Part shown: positions 13,317-26,894 of the stretch, piece after piece
How the letters are laid out: each line of letters opens with the position of its first letter
Position numbering within the stretch: position 1 is the first letter of the stretch
Program-made: the position numbers and the translations under genes
The notes under the pieces: generated by a model
Told to the model about the DNA's origin: nothing
Database searches by the model: none
The model's input: only the letters and a program-made list of their open reading frames with translations
Assembly: GCF_006345805.1 (NCBI RefSeq)
Contig: NC_043010.1
Location: forward strand, 54,188,001 to 54,252,000
DNA: 64,000 nucleotides
Direction of reading: 5' to 3'
DNA from: Octopus sinensis
Lineage: Eukaryota

Positions 13317-13941
13317 AGAGAAAAACATTTTAATCTTATAGTCAGAGAACTTTCGGTAGATTTTTGGTGGGAAAAGAAAGAATACCAGTTACCTGATTAA
13401 GCAACAAAGGAAGCACTTTATATATCTCCTCCAGAAACATTAATAGACTTGCTATACTAGAGATAAATATGTTTATAATCTCCACTAGAGGAATATAAGC
13501 CAAATGTTTTCCGGCGGATGAAGTAAATAGATACAAATCCACAATATATAATTAGCTACAATTTCTATATTTCTTGTACAAAACCAGAAAATCTGGCATT
13601 CTGTGTCCTAAAATATGCTGAAGTTGCATTTTAAAATCCCAGGGAATTCTAATTTTGGTATTCTTTATGACTTTTTGTGTATTTGTCTATGTCACTCGGG
13701 CATTGCATTGAAATACAGGTATGTTGCTAGCCACATTATCATGCCTGAGCTTATTTTGGGCTTCTGCTATTTTGGAACGTTGTAACATTACACGGCTGAT
13801 TCACTAACACCTTTCACAACACAGTCTACGTTTCATTGATATATCTTACTTATCGATATTTATTTTTGTCGAATTTGTGTGGAGAGATTCATTCTGAGCC
13901 ACAAATATCAATCTTCATTTTCTTACAGAAACCCACATACG

Positions 13942-13984
<43 letters not shown>

Positions 13985-14243
13985 ATATTTTGCGTAATAA
14001 GATAAAAATCCAAGAGTGTGTAGATATTACAGCATTTATAGACCTTCTATCTATAACTGCTCTAATATCTACACAACCTTGGTTTTGTATCTTATTATGC
14101 AAAAAAATCCCTATATAGACATGTTGATAGAGAACCAACGTTTAACCCTTTCTTCGCAAACTTACCGAATCTGGAACTTAATTATGGTCTGTCTATAGCA
14201 CTTATTTAGCAACACGTGACACCTTTGTGTCTCAATGACTCCA

Positions 14244-14287
<44 letters not shown>

Positions 14288-14816
14288 CATAGAAACAGGT
14301 AAATATGTGAGTCGTTGTGAGTGTATGAATGTGTGTATGTGTGCAGGTTAGACATTGAGAGAGATTAGGAGATAGAGAACATATATGTGAATGATAGTGA
14401 GCACTTGCCTTCGAAAATGTTGGAAATATTACACAACATTATATTGTAGTCCGTGATAGAGAAAAGAAGTGTCAATCAATGTAAGGAGGATTTAAACATA
14501 GGTCGCATAATAAAGTTGCGCCCGGAAGTAAGCAGCATCAACTTAATATATATTTACTGTTAAGGATTCAGAGATCATATAATCTATTCTCATATATATT
14601 TCTCAGAAATATCCGGAATTTTTATGTATGTCGATTTTTACCTCATCCGTTTAAAATAATTCTCTCAGCACCTTCTCGTTCTCATGCAAATGAGTGCCAT
14701 AAATAATATCAAGATGCATATGGTATTTCAGCATGACGTCATTGGCATTCCTGAAACGCGCAAAAGAATAAAATAACACATTTCATCGCCAATACGCCAT
14801 ATTTACTATTGCATGT

Positions 14817-14873
<57 letters not shown>

Positions 14874-14964
14874 TTTACATATATATATATATATATATAT
14901 AATATATATATATATAAATAGATGAGTGTATTTTTACCTTGTTAACAATTAACATTTTTTATTC

Positions 14965-14996
<32 letters not shown>

Positions 14997-15871
14997 ATAT
15001 ATACATATATATACACGTCTGTGTGTTTTTGCGTAAGAAAAAGAATATTGATATTTGTGACACAGAATGAATCTTTATATATATATATATATATATATAT
15101 ATGGATAATTGCACACACAGACATACACGCACACGCACACATGTATAAAACATCGATTAATATTCTGATATCAAATTTTCAAATTTGTTTCACCATTCTT
15201 TTACACGATAAAATAAAACACATAAACATATTCAAAGGAAATAATACAGGGTAGAAATATATAAACATTATGTTAAAAAGAAAGAAAAAATACTATAAAG
15301 TAATAAAACAAGACAAATCAACATTCTCCACTGATCTATTCCATCGATATATTCTCGCTTTTTTTTACTGGTAGCTAGTTGAGAGTAATTGGTAAATATT
15401 GACTGTAGAGAATCGTAAAAGTACAAATGCATTTAAAGCATGAAAATTTGAAAAAAAATATAACGATGAAAAGCGATTTTTATAGCAACACCTAAATTAG
15501 TTGCATTTTAATATTTTTTACTCGAAATATTTCATTCCATTCGTAACTTTGATCAAAATGAGTAATAATATAAAAGTTGAACACTGCAAGCACTTCAAAC
15601 GTTGCTTCAAACCTGAAGAATATTCATGTAAATATGTATGTACAAACAGGCGACAACGCAGCCGTCTCTATGCGTTGAAAGAATCTGCGAAATGTAGAAC
15701 AAATTTCTCTTAAGTCAAATTCAATTTAATACGAACGTATCGCACAGTATGTTATCTGAGATAAATTGTTAAATACTGGACAGAGCTAGATTCTACATGC
15801 ATACATACATAATACATACATACATGCATGCATGAGTACACACACACACACATATAACAAAGATATTTTAT

Positions 15872-16070
15872 TCCACACGGGTAGAAATGCAGGGAAAATA
15901 GAATTTGAAAATAATGCACTAAGAATAGTTAAAATATTTTTTTATTAAAATATTTGAAACTTTAACCGGTTCCCACACGGGTAGAAATACAGGAAAAATA
16001 GTATTTGAAAATGCACTGAGAAAAGTTAAAATATTTTCTTAATTAAAATATTTGAAGCTTTAACTGGTTT
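15872..16070. repeat. Tandem duplication of about 100 bp
   Basis: ccacacgggtagaaat..ggaaaatag..tttgaaa... repeated at about 15872 and 15973. Confidence 0.85.
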
Positions 16071-16277
16071 CACAGTTTACACTGGTTTTCAAAAAGTTCA
16101 AATAGAAAGGCGTCGTTTATGACGCAATTGTGTTGCTTCTGACTAGTATTTAATGTTTGCCTTGTTTTTACGGGAAGTTTATGGCACAAATTAGTACGTT
16201 TTGAAACGGATTTGACTGGCAGAGGATAGTCACATGACTGATTTTAGAAATTTTTGTACGCTTCCTGCTATGTCCTT

Positions 16278-16465
16278 GCTATTGCATCTTCCACCAAGTC
16301 TTTGACAACAATCTGCAACAGATTTGCATAGCCATCTGAATTAGGTAAAACTTCTTGTTCAAATATAAGGGATGGCATGATGTCTGCTCAAAATTAACAC
16401 AGTTTGTCTTATATAATGTTTATATATGTTTCGCTGATCCAATGTTAATCGAAATCCAATGTTAT
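16278..16465 (-). mobile_element. Tc1/mariner-superfamily remnant, second copy with internal deletion
   Basis: DIMPSLIFEQEVLPNSDGYANLLQIVVKD; homologous to 13055-13316 but lacking about 80 bp. Confidence 0.6.
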
Positions 16466-16789
16466 CAAGTGACAATGTTTGGCGTCGTAAGATAAGGCTG
16501 ACTCGGTTGACTAAACAAGTCCAAACAATCCATTCCCTGAATGATTTCTGTCAAGTGTCTGTAGAGAATGAACACATGATGGAGTTTATAAACTACTTGC
16601 TACGTCCGGGCGTTAGCGTCACGTGACATTGTTTTTAGCACCTAAAAAGAGAGCCAACACATTTGAGTGAACAATCTCTGTTATAATGAAGAGAGACTAA
16701 ATTTAATCTGCCTGGTGAGAGAGTGGAGATGAGTCGTTTGCATATAGTCCAATGGTTAAAATTTAGGGCGTTGTGTAGCTTCCTCATGA

Positions 16790-17535
16790 TAAGTAACAGA
16801 GTGAATTTTGTGTACGAATAGCTATGTGTGTAAAATTTCTCCTGATTTGAATTTGTATGTTGTGTCTTCAATAAGTTTGATGCAGGACCCGCTATTGTGG
16901 CGGCAACATTTTTTGATTGTTGGTGTAGGAATTCTGGAAGATATTTTAGCAGCTGTGATGTATTTTTTGAGAGACTCTGATTGTCTTTTACTTTTCATTA
17001 TTTTGTAAATGCTTGTTTGTTTTTAGTAGTGGGATGTTCTGATGGATAATATTATAAACCTCAGTGTTTCTTGGGTTGTGTGTCGTAATAAAGAGTAGAC
17101 TCTTGGATGTATCTGGAGCTTACTTTTTCCATATTCATTGCTGTGTCACATTCTATTCTGTTATCTGTTAGCATTCATGAATATTGTATTTTAAGTAGTA
17201 TTTTTAGTTCCTGTAGTCTTTCATTGCGAGTATCGGGGCTTGAGAAAATTGTACAGATTTCTCTTGTTAGATTGAAGGGAATATTATTCTTCGCATGTTT
17301 GGGATGGCAGGAGAAGAATAGTAAGTATTGTTTAGAATCTGTTTCTTTGTAGTTAATATATGTTTCAATGTTTTTATCTCCCTTCCTGATTAGTATTTCC
17401 AGGAACGATAGTTGAGATTTACTGTATTACATGGTAAAATTTATATTATTGTTTATGCTGGTAATTAGATTTTCGTAATCTATAAGTTGTTCAAATGTGT
17501 ACGTCCATAGGATTAGACAGTCATCTAAGAAGCCG
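16790..17535 (-). mobile_element. Penelope-like reverse transcriptase and Cys-linker pseudogene fragment
   Basis: GFLDDCLILW (FLDD at 17520-17531)...SFLEILIRK..YKETDSKQYLLFFSCHPKHAKNNIPFNL...; KCCRHNSGSC linker; several stops. Confidence 0.85.
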
Positions 17536-17775
17536 AAGGTGCGAGCTGGCAGAAAGGTTAGCACGCCGGGCGAAATGCGTAGTCGTATTTCGTCTGCCGT
17601 TACGTTCTGGGTTCAAATTCCGCCGAGGTCGACTTTGCCTTTCATCCTTTCGGGGTCGATAAAATAAGCACCAGTTACGCACTGGGGTTGATATAATCGA
17701 CTTAATCCGTCTGTCTGTCCTTGTTTGTCCTCTCTGTGTTTAGCCCCTTTTGGGTAGTAAAGAAATAGGTATTTT
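17536..17775 (+). mobile_element. tRNA-derived SINE family 2, full length
   Basis: Head gcgagctggcagaaaggttagcac, box B gggttcaaattcc, 3' end aaagaaataggtattt; many copies in window. Confidence 0.9.
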
Positions 17776-17794
17776 TCTATGTTATTGTTATTCA

Positions 17795-17867
17795 GGTTAC
17801 TGCCAAGTATCGTGCTCGTAATCTTGGGGTTAGTATCCATCGCACATAGCCACTACGTCATATTCCC
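17795..17867 (-). promoter_or_regulatory. Degenerate tRNA-derived head (Pol III box A/B) of the PLE family B repeat
   Basis: Homologous to 59442-59514 and 62698-62770. Confidence 0.65.
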
Positions 17868-17896
17868 GTGGGCAATTATGGAGCGAATTTTAGGGA

Positions 17897-18167
17897 CTAT
17901 AAATCTAATATTTTCCTATCCTTCTTTAATACCAGTTCTAATATGCTATTTATATCTGCACTCGCTCTGCTTAGGAATATGTTGTGTCCTAGCATATGAG
18001 CTGCTTCTTTGAGTTTTCGTATTTCCCAGTGGTGTTCTCTGTCTATTATTATATTCATCCCACAGAGGAAAGTGGTCTCCATTTTTCCATACAAGATCAG
18101 CTATACCCGATTTGTCAATATCTCTCCGTGTCACAGCTATATAGATAGATATATCCGTTATTTGCAT
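17897..18167 (-). mobile_element. Penelope-like GIY-YIG C-terminus, family B
   Basis: DKSGIADLVWKNGDHFPLWDE / IIDREHHWEIRKLKEAAHMLGHN, frameshifted; matches the SxIAxHxW..W..ILDRE..RKxKEA pattern. Confidence 0.85.
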
Positions 18168-19064
18168 TTACTAGCGTATATGTACAGGTATACATAATTC
18201 TGTATCATTTTGTGCATATAAGCATATGTGAAAGTTAGTATGTATTCAAGGGAATATGTTTTCTGTTTGTTGTATGTGTAGTTGATTATACATGTGTGTG
18301 TCGGTGTTCACATAAATATTCGCTTAACGATATATTTAAATACATTCTCCATACGATTTCTCCATATTTCTCTTTCTCTTGAGGTGTTTAAACCACCAAC
18401 GGTTTTCTAATTGATATAGTGCATCATTTCTAATGATCTGGATAATCACAGCTTTGAGACTAATTCGATTTAAATTATTTATGCATCATGTTAATTTAAC
18501 TGCATAATTAATAACGTTTGTGTTAATGAAACAGATGTAGAACTCAATTACTGTATCAAGCATATATGAAATTTATGTTCTGCATTGATGTTGTCGTTGT
18601 TGTTCCTCAAGCTTTCTTTAGGCTCCTGTTCTACTCGATATATTTCTTGTTGTAATTCGATTTCAGTCAGAATACTATATTAGATACACAATATAGATTA
18701 TACTCAATTTTTTTATGTATACCTCGAATACTTGACATCATTTTTTTTAGTTTTCGACTGTTATTTTACTCTAATTTGTGATTCTTAATCTATACATACT
18801 ATTCTCCTTATACCCTGAGGACCAGGAGGGTAATAAGTGGGTGCTTGGGGTTTAGTAAGACTTAAAACTATTAAAATTGACATCTAATATGATATGGACA
18901 TTGAAAAAGGTGGAGTAAGCAACACCCAGAAAGCACCCGAAACTTTTTGTGCATTCATCCAAAATGGAGACGAACACCATTCCTCCATAAGATCGGCTTG
19001 AAAAAATGTTAACATATAAAGATACATTTCTTAACATGAAACTAATGGTAACCTCAATATATAT

Positions 19065-19147
<83 letters not shown>

Positions 19148-19166
19148 GTGTGTGTATGTATATATA

Positions 19167-19218
<52 letters not shown>

Positions 19219-19616
19219 CATGAATAAAGACTTGAAACTATTTCTATTCATACATACATGTACACGCATACACGTCCACGCTTAAAAAAACAAAAGACAA
19301 ACCCAGTACTGTGTGACACCCAACTAAAATCGGGCTTTTATAGTGTACACTGCAGTCTCTGCCACTAATGAAGTTGAATTTGAAGCAGAGCACTAAACAT
19401 CGGGATAGGCTAGGGTGTGGTTGTTCATCATTTGCATAACAGGAAAATGTCTAGCTTTGCATAACAGGAAAAAGTCTAGCTACGCCAGGGAATAATGTCG
19501 TCATAGTGCGACGCAGATAAGCACTGACGTCTGATTGTATAATATTTATATTACGCCTCTGTATTTTTTCCGAATTTTGCTACATCTGGCCTATGAAACT
19601 TTATATCACACTTGCT

Positions 19617-19682
<66 letters not shown>

Positions 19683-19685
<3 letters not shown>

Positions 19686-20058
19686 TTATATTTGTTGCAC
19701 TCATTTGACTGTGTTCATGCTGGAGCACCGTATTTAGTCGAGCAAATCTACCCCAGGAATTATTCTTTGTAAGCCTAGTACGTATTCTGTCGGTCCCTCT
19801 TGCCGAACCGCTAAGTGACGAGGACGTAAACACACCACCGTCTGTTGCAAAGCGATGTTGGTGGGGGGATAAACACAGACTCACAAACATGTATATATAT
19901 ACAACGGTCTTCTCTAAGTTTCTCTCTATCCAATCCACTCACAAGGATTTGGTCGTCCCGAGGCTACTTGCCCGAGGTGCGACGCGGTGGGTGGGACTGA
20001 ACCCAGAACCATGTGGTTGTTAAGCAAGCTAATTATCACACAGCCACTCCTGTGCCTA
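19683..20058 (-). mobile_element. SINE family 1
   Basis: Full reverse-complement match to head, core and tail. Confidence 0.9.
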
Positions 20059-20847
20059 TATGTATATATAAAAGAGAAAACGTACGCTGAACTATTGAGA
20101 AATCTGCAGTTACTCTATCAAGATTACATGTTCAGGTTTATACCTGTAATTATTCGTGTGCTGGGATATGTAACACACTGCCTAAATACTAATCTTGAGA
20201 AATTCGGTTCTGAAAACCAGAATGGAAAAAGCCAATTTGAGGACTAAAGATCCAACACGTCACTGAAATTGTAAATTTCTGTAGAGATTTCCAGAAGTTT
20301 ATCTTATAACTATACATGCGCATGTCCAGATATAAAAGTATATTCGTGAGGAGACATACATAAAAACCAAACATACATACATACATACATACATACATAC
20401 ATACATACATACATACATACATACATACATACATACTCTCCTGATGTGGAAATTCCAATAAATGAATCTTGGATCTAGGTTTGAAACCGTTTTTTTCTCT
20501 ATGGTTATGGAATCTTGAGATAGAATTGAATATTGACATATATACATACGTACATACATACATACACACATATATGCATACATAAATACGTGGGGATGTA
20601 TTCAATGAAAGTGAAACCAAGTGCGAATGATTAGTTTGTTAGATACATAAAAATCGATGGTCAAAAAAAGTACGTATTCATATGTGTAAGGAGTCGCTCA
20701 GACACACAAACCGATATCAAAACGTACAAAGACACACACCGTTTCACGCAACCGCACAAATATATATTTATTTGTACATAACTATCATATCTATATCTCT
20801 AGATATACCTACCTACGAACGCACCTTTATATCTATCTATCAATCTG

Positions 20848-20881
<34 letters not shown>

Positions 20882-21120
20882 AATCTATCTATCTATCTAT
20901 CTATCTACGCATAAATCTATGAATATGTATGTGTGAAATATAATTATATATTTGTATATACACATATAATTATGAATATGTGTAAATGTAGCTATCTATT
21001 TATAGATACGTACGTATATACATACAAATATATATATATATGTGTGTGTGTATTTATATATATATGTATATATTATATATATACATATATGCATACATGT
21101 ATATATATATATGTATATAT

Positions 21121-21178
<58 letters not shown>

Positions 21179-21682
21179 TATATATATATATATACATATA
21201 TATATATAAATGTGTCTGTATGTAGGTATGTTTATATGTATATAACCTACATACATAGAAACATATACAAGCACACAATCAATCCTGCTGAAGAGATATT
21301 GTAATTGTCTCCGACATAATAAGTCAAAGAAAAGCCATAACACAAACAAAACAAAAATACCCCAGCTAATACAAAACCGCTAAAGCTAATAATCAACATT
21401 ACAGCACTGTTCTCTCTATCTACAGACCAGCAAACCATCCTAATGTTTGTGATATGATTTTATTTGTCAGTCAATTGTGTGTCCATCAAACAAACCATTA
21501 ACAAAAAGAAAACAAGAAAAAAAAACAAGAGCTATTTTTTTTTACTATAGCAATTATTTCCGGTTCTTTATTTTTCTTTCCGTTTTTTTTTTCTTTTAGA
21601 AGAATTGTCTGCATTTTTTTTCTTTTTCTTCAGTTTGTTTATACAATGTATATGAATATACAAAAATCTGCTGACACTTCCC

Positions 21683-21747
<65 letters not shown>

Positions 21748-21801
21748 ATATATGTATATATATATATATATATAGATATATATATATATATATTATACAT
21801 A

Positions 21802-21834
<33 letters not shown>

Positions 21835-21898
21835 TACATATATATATGTATAATATGCACACACATATATGTATATGTATATATATATATATATTTAT

Positions 21899-21935
<37 letters not shown>

Positions 21936-21940
21936 TATAC

Positions 21941-21983
<43 letters not shown>

Positions 21984-22406
21984 ATATATAATACATACAT
22001 ACATACATACATATACATGCAATTAATCAGAATATACTCATACATATGTATACGTAAATGTATGCATGCTTATTTGTGTGTACCTGTGCGTGTATATGTA
22101 ATTTGGCCGTATGTTTTCTAGTCTGTAGAATGAATGAGTGGTCGTCGATGGAAATTAATAGCAATAACTTTAATGGCAGATATAATGTGACATTCATTGC
22201 TTCAGGTATGTAGACTACACAAATACAGAATTGAGGATTGTTAGTTACTAGATATATTTGTGCATCTTTGCATATATGTTTATATAAAGTCTTCACTTAA
22301 CCCGGTTCACACGGATATGCACAGCCACACAATTATACGCACACATACTTACACGTACACACACACACACACGCACACACACACACACACAAACTCACAC
22401 ACACAC

Positions 22407-22454
<48 letters not shown>

Positions 22455-22482
22455 AACACATATATGCATATATACTTATTCT

Positions 22483-22749
22483 ATGCGCAGGAGTGGCTGT
22501 GTAGTAAGAAGCTGGCTTCTCAGTAACATTGTTCCTAGGCAAACGCCTTCTACTATAGCCTTGGGCCGAACACAACTTGTGAGTGGATTTGTGTTTACGA
22601 CCCCCTAAAATTGTGGTTCGGAAAAACAGACCGATAGAATAATAAATAGGTTTACAAAGAATATGTCATGTGGACGATTTGTTCGACTTGATGCAGTGGT
22701 TAGCCATGGCCGCAGTGAAATGAATAACACAAGGAAAAGTATAAAAGAC
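22483..22749 (+). mobile_element. SINE family 1, degraded with deletions
   Basis: gcgcaggagtggctgtgtagtaag head; ccatggccgcagtgaaatga tail. Confidence 0.75.
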
Positions 22750-23085
22750 TAACAGAATCTCTCTCTCTCTATATATATATATATTTGTAAAAAAGAAGAT
22801 TGAAAATGCCACTATATTAGATAAATTTTAATTTTACATGTTTCGGTTCTTGAAAAAATGAATCTTATCAAAAATATCTTAAAAAGTTAAGTGTAATAGA
22901 AAAGTTCATAATTGTTTCTTACTGGTCTAAACAGAATCCATGTGGTGGTGTTTTTTCGGTAGTAAGTATAATAGCTGTAGGTTTCAAGTTGAGTGTAATA
23001 AAAAAGTTCATAATTGTTTCTTACTGGTCTCAACAGGATCCACGTGTTTTTTAGCTGTCTTATGTGTTCGAATGACCCGCGGCTG

Positions 23086-23131
<46 letters not shown>

Positions 23132-23216
23132 TAACACGACTCCGTCTGTCAAGAATGGACTTGAGTGCACCTTTGAGGTTCCTCTCCTGGTTGTTTATGT
23201 GGAAGAACAGCAGTCA

Positions 23217-23439
23217 CTCATGCATACCAGCGTCCTCTCTCTACACCACCAATGTAATCCCAGGTGAAGGCAAATGGGACATCGCAACTCATTTCTACAG
23301 TGAACCGGAGCAACGTGAAATAAAACGTGAAATAACGTGAAATAAAATGTCTTGCTCAAGAACACAACACGCAGCCCGGTCCGGGATCGTAATCTCACGA
23401 TCATAAGCTCGACGCTCTAATCACTGAACCATACGCCTT
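23217..23439 (-). mobile_element. tRNA-derived SINE family 3, degraded
   Basis: Reverse complement of aaggcgcatggctcagtggttagagcgtcgagcttacga head, as at 25842 and 51580. Confidence 0.8.
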
Positions 23440-23452
23440 ATCTATATCTATA

Positions 23453-23483
<31 letters not shown>

Positions 23484-23584
23484 CTTACTATCTATCTATC
23501 TATCTGTATGCATCTATGTATGTATATATATGCATATATATGCATATATACACAACACACATATGTATATATATATATATATTC

Positions 23585-23651
<67 letters not shown>

Positions 23652-23899
23652 CACACACACACACATATACATATATATACATAGAGAGAGAGATTAGAGA
23701 AAAATCACTATTATGTAATTCAAACAAAGATAGACATAAACCATATCATATAGAAAAAATATATTATAAAAAATATAAAACAAAATTGTTTCTCCAATTT
23801 ATATATATTATATATTTATATTGTGAAACTTGATTTAATACTCAATTAAATTTTTCCCTGTAAGGTTGGAGTTATACTCCCTAATATTATTATTATTAT

Positions 23900-23944
<45 letters not shown>

Positions 23945-23945
<1 letters not shown>

Positions 23946-24290
23946 TACGACGGAAAAACAAAAGACGAAGACAGGTGGTGTACAAAACAACTGATGTATT
24001 AGTATAACGCTCAGGAATAGAAAAAAGGCTTGCACAACAAATATTTAAACGTATATATATATATATGATATACATATATATATATGTCACCATGATAGAT
24101 CGTTAGCCACTACACACATTTTTTTTTCTCCTTGTTTCTCTCCTTGTTTTTTCTGTGTCCCTTTCTGTAGAAGAGCGTAGCCTCGAAACGCAAAAGCCTT
24201 TTTTCTATTCCTGAGCGTTATACTAATACATCAGTTTGTTTTGTACACCACCTGTCTTCGTCTTTTGTTTTTTCCGTAAACTCTCCCTAC
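23945..24290 (+). mobile_element. PLE family A unit with inverted 5' partial copy and degenerate HHR at 24161-24196
   Basis: IR 23945-24030 / 24200-24285; CTGTAGA-A-GAGC-GTAG-CCTC-GAAACGCA has a stem II mismatch and GUA changed to GCA. Confidence 0.7.
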
Positions 24291-25409
24291 ATATATATAT
24301 ATATATATATACATACATATATACTTATATATATATACACACACACACAGATATATATATATATATACATACATATATATATATGTGTGTGTGTGTGTGT
24401 GTATGGTGTGTGTGCATGTTGGACATCGGTGAAGACAGATACTTTAGTTGTTTTCATTACTATGCCAAATATCTTGTTATTTTCAATTTCATATTTTACG
24501 ACTATGAGCACTAGAACTCTAATTTTTAATACGTATTGCTTTTGTCGTTAATAATATTTGCTGTTTGCTACACTAAGACACCTTTTCACGAACTCTGCTG
24601 ACAGTGGAAATTTCAGATCAAAGTAAATGAAAATGTTTTCGATTTGCTTGTTTTTTTCTTCCGCGTATTTACAGTCATAACTTCCTGAGTGCCATTGAAT
24701 TTATTTCATACGAAACTAAATAAAATAAACAATTGTCGTTTTAACATTTTGTTTTCTATTCGTAGATTTTAGTTTTGCAAACATGCCAGGTCGGCAAAGA
24801 ATGAAAGGAAAGTAATCAATATTGATATTCAGGTACAGAATAAAATAAGAAATTAAAATAATATAAATAAAATTATCAAAAATGTTATCATAACAAAGTG
24901 TATTTAATGAACGAAGAGAAAAATGACGTTTTTTTTTTTGCTTTTAGAATGAAGCAATATTTTGAACAAAACAACAATCAGATGTTTTAACCTATTAATG
25001 ACATTAGAGATAGGAATAGCATTTGCAGGGCTCAAGTCAATTGGAGGGTCCAGACACGAAGAAGTTCTTAAAAGAAAGCATGTTTCAGAAGATCATAGAT
25101 ATAGTTTTCAACTAGCAATAACCATGCCTCAGGTACACCTCATTGGCCATGGTCATTTATAAGACTCGAACGATATCCATAGCGATATCTAGACCTGGCA
25201 AATTTTCCATAAATGGCGTTTTCAAGTGTCTTGAAAGGAGTATCGGAGAAACCTTCTCCACGGCATGCCGGCAAAAAATTCTTAAATCACGTATAATTGA
25301 GCTAGAAGAATTGTCTGACCGGTTTTGAAGTCATCTCAGCCGCAAAATGTGCAGTAACTTTTAGGTTATCTTCTGGCTCCAATCTTGTACTCTGTATTAG
25401 AGACAGAGA

Positions 25410-25550
25410 TGGCACCGAGCTGGCAGAACCGTTGGCATGTTGGGCAACATGCTTAGCAGTATTTCGTCCACCTTTACGTTCTGATTTAACATTCCGCCGT
25501 GGTTGACTGTGTTTTCTCTTCTTCCAGGGTCGATAAAATTAGTACCAGAA
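25410..25550 (+). mobile_element. SINE family 2, degraded 5' part
   Basis: ccgagctggcagaaccgttggcatg...gtatttcgtcc...gggtcgataaaattagtacc. Confidence 0.7.
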
Positions 25551-25841
25551 AGTGCTGAACGTGCACTTGCAGTAAATCTGGTTATCAAACCAGTGAGATT
25601 ATTGAATACAGTAGACTGGAAATGATTGGCCGTAAATTGGCCTTATAAGGACGAGGGTATGGTATCTATCCCTCATTAGATATTTTAGTCATAGACCTAG
25701 CTGATCAGGCATGGGTTATGTTTAAGTATCATTCCAATGCCTCGTTTTCGATTGGCTGGTGAGCCTCGTTTTCAACTGGTTGGTGAGGTAATGGAAATAA
25801 ACATCAGTAGTAATAATAATAATGATAACTAATAGCACAGT

Positions 25842-26174
25842 GAAGGAGCATGGCTCAGTGGTCAGAGCGTCGAGCTTACGACCGCGAGGTTGTGAGTTCG
25901 AATCCCGGACGGGGCTGCGTGTTGTTTTCTTGAGCAAGACACTTTATTTCACGTTACTTCTGTTCACTCAGCTATAGAAATGTGTTGCGACGTCACTGGT
26001 GCCAAGCTGTATCGTTCTTTGCTTTTCCCTTGGATGACATCGGTGGTGTGGAGAGGGGAGGCTGGTATGCATTGTTAAATGCTGGGCTTGCACAAACAAT
26101 CTTGCCCGGTTTTTGCCTCGGAGGGTAACTTTCTAGGTGCAATCCCATGGTCATTAGTGACCAAAGGGAATCTC
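25842..26174 (+). mobile_element. SINE family 3, full length
   Basis: Box A tggctcagtgg, box B gagttcgaatccc; body matches 51580-51914. Confidence 0.9.
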
Positions 26175-26894
26175 CGCACCATAGTGCCAACATTTAAAAC
26201 CAGTATTACAGACTGAAAGACGGTCAATCACGCGTATTGCCAACGATACTAATCCATCGTTCGTTGTTCCTCTTGCATCGCAGTATGTATATGCGAGCAC
26301 TACCGCAGTGACAAAGGATGATCCTCGGAGAAGAGATCTCAGAAATCTTAAAAAGCTATATGGTCTTAAAAACAAATCTCAAAGCCAAACGTGCTCTGTA
26401 ACGTTTTGACGAGGTGGAGATGATTGGGCAGGAGATTAACGTTGCTCGACAGACGGCCAAGAGATACCAGGAGACATTCGGGTTTTTTTTTTATGGGATG
26501 CTGGAGGACTGTAAGAGAATGATAGCAATAGGCACTTTGGGATCTAAAGACATTGGGGAGTATCTCCTACTGATTAGATTCCAATGATCATTATCGGTAC
26601 ATGTGAATTATGATATCGTCAAAGTGCCTCATGCTGATTGCATTGAAGTGCTTAGCACAGCGTTACGACATTACTTGTCAGTGAGTGAAGCAAAAATTAA
26701 CGAGAAATATTCGGTGGGCGTGCGGCCTGTCATCCGAAGTGGTAAATCCATGGTGTGCAGCAGTGTCACGAAGGTGAAAAGATTAAATTACATGAGGGTA
26801 CGATTTGTGAGTGAGTTGGAGCCACAGTTGCGTGTTACAACAATAACACGTGCCGTATTTACTTTTTCTGTTTTTACACGTCATCTTCCTTGTA

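Noticed and set aside
24785-25140. Exon-like segments with good acceptors (FCKHARSAKNERKVINIDIQ; MKQYLNK...)
   Set aside because: The region looks like a decayed Tc1-type element on the minus strand and the two segments do not join into a sensible open frame
26200-26890. GC-richer coding-like stretch including the 116-aa ORF 26603-26953
   Set aside because: No motif recognised; the ORF runs into the mariner TIR, and it is probably an unidentified decayed repeat
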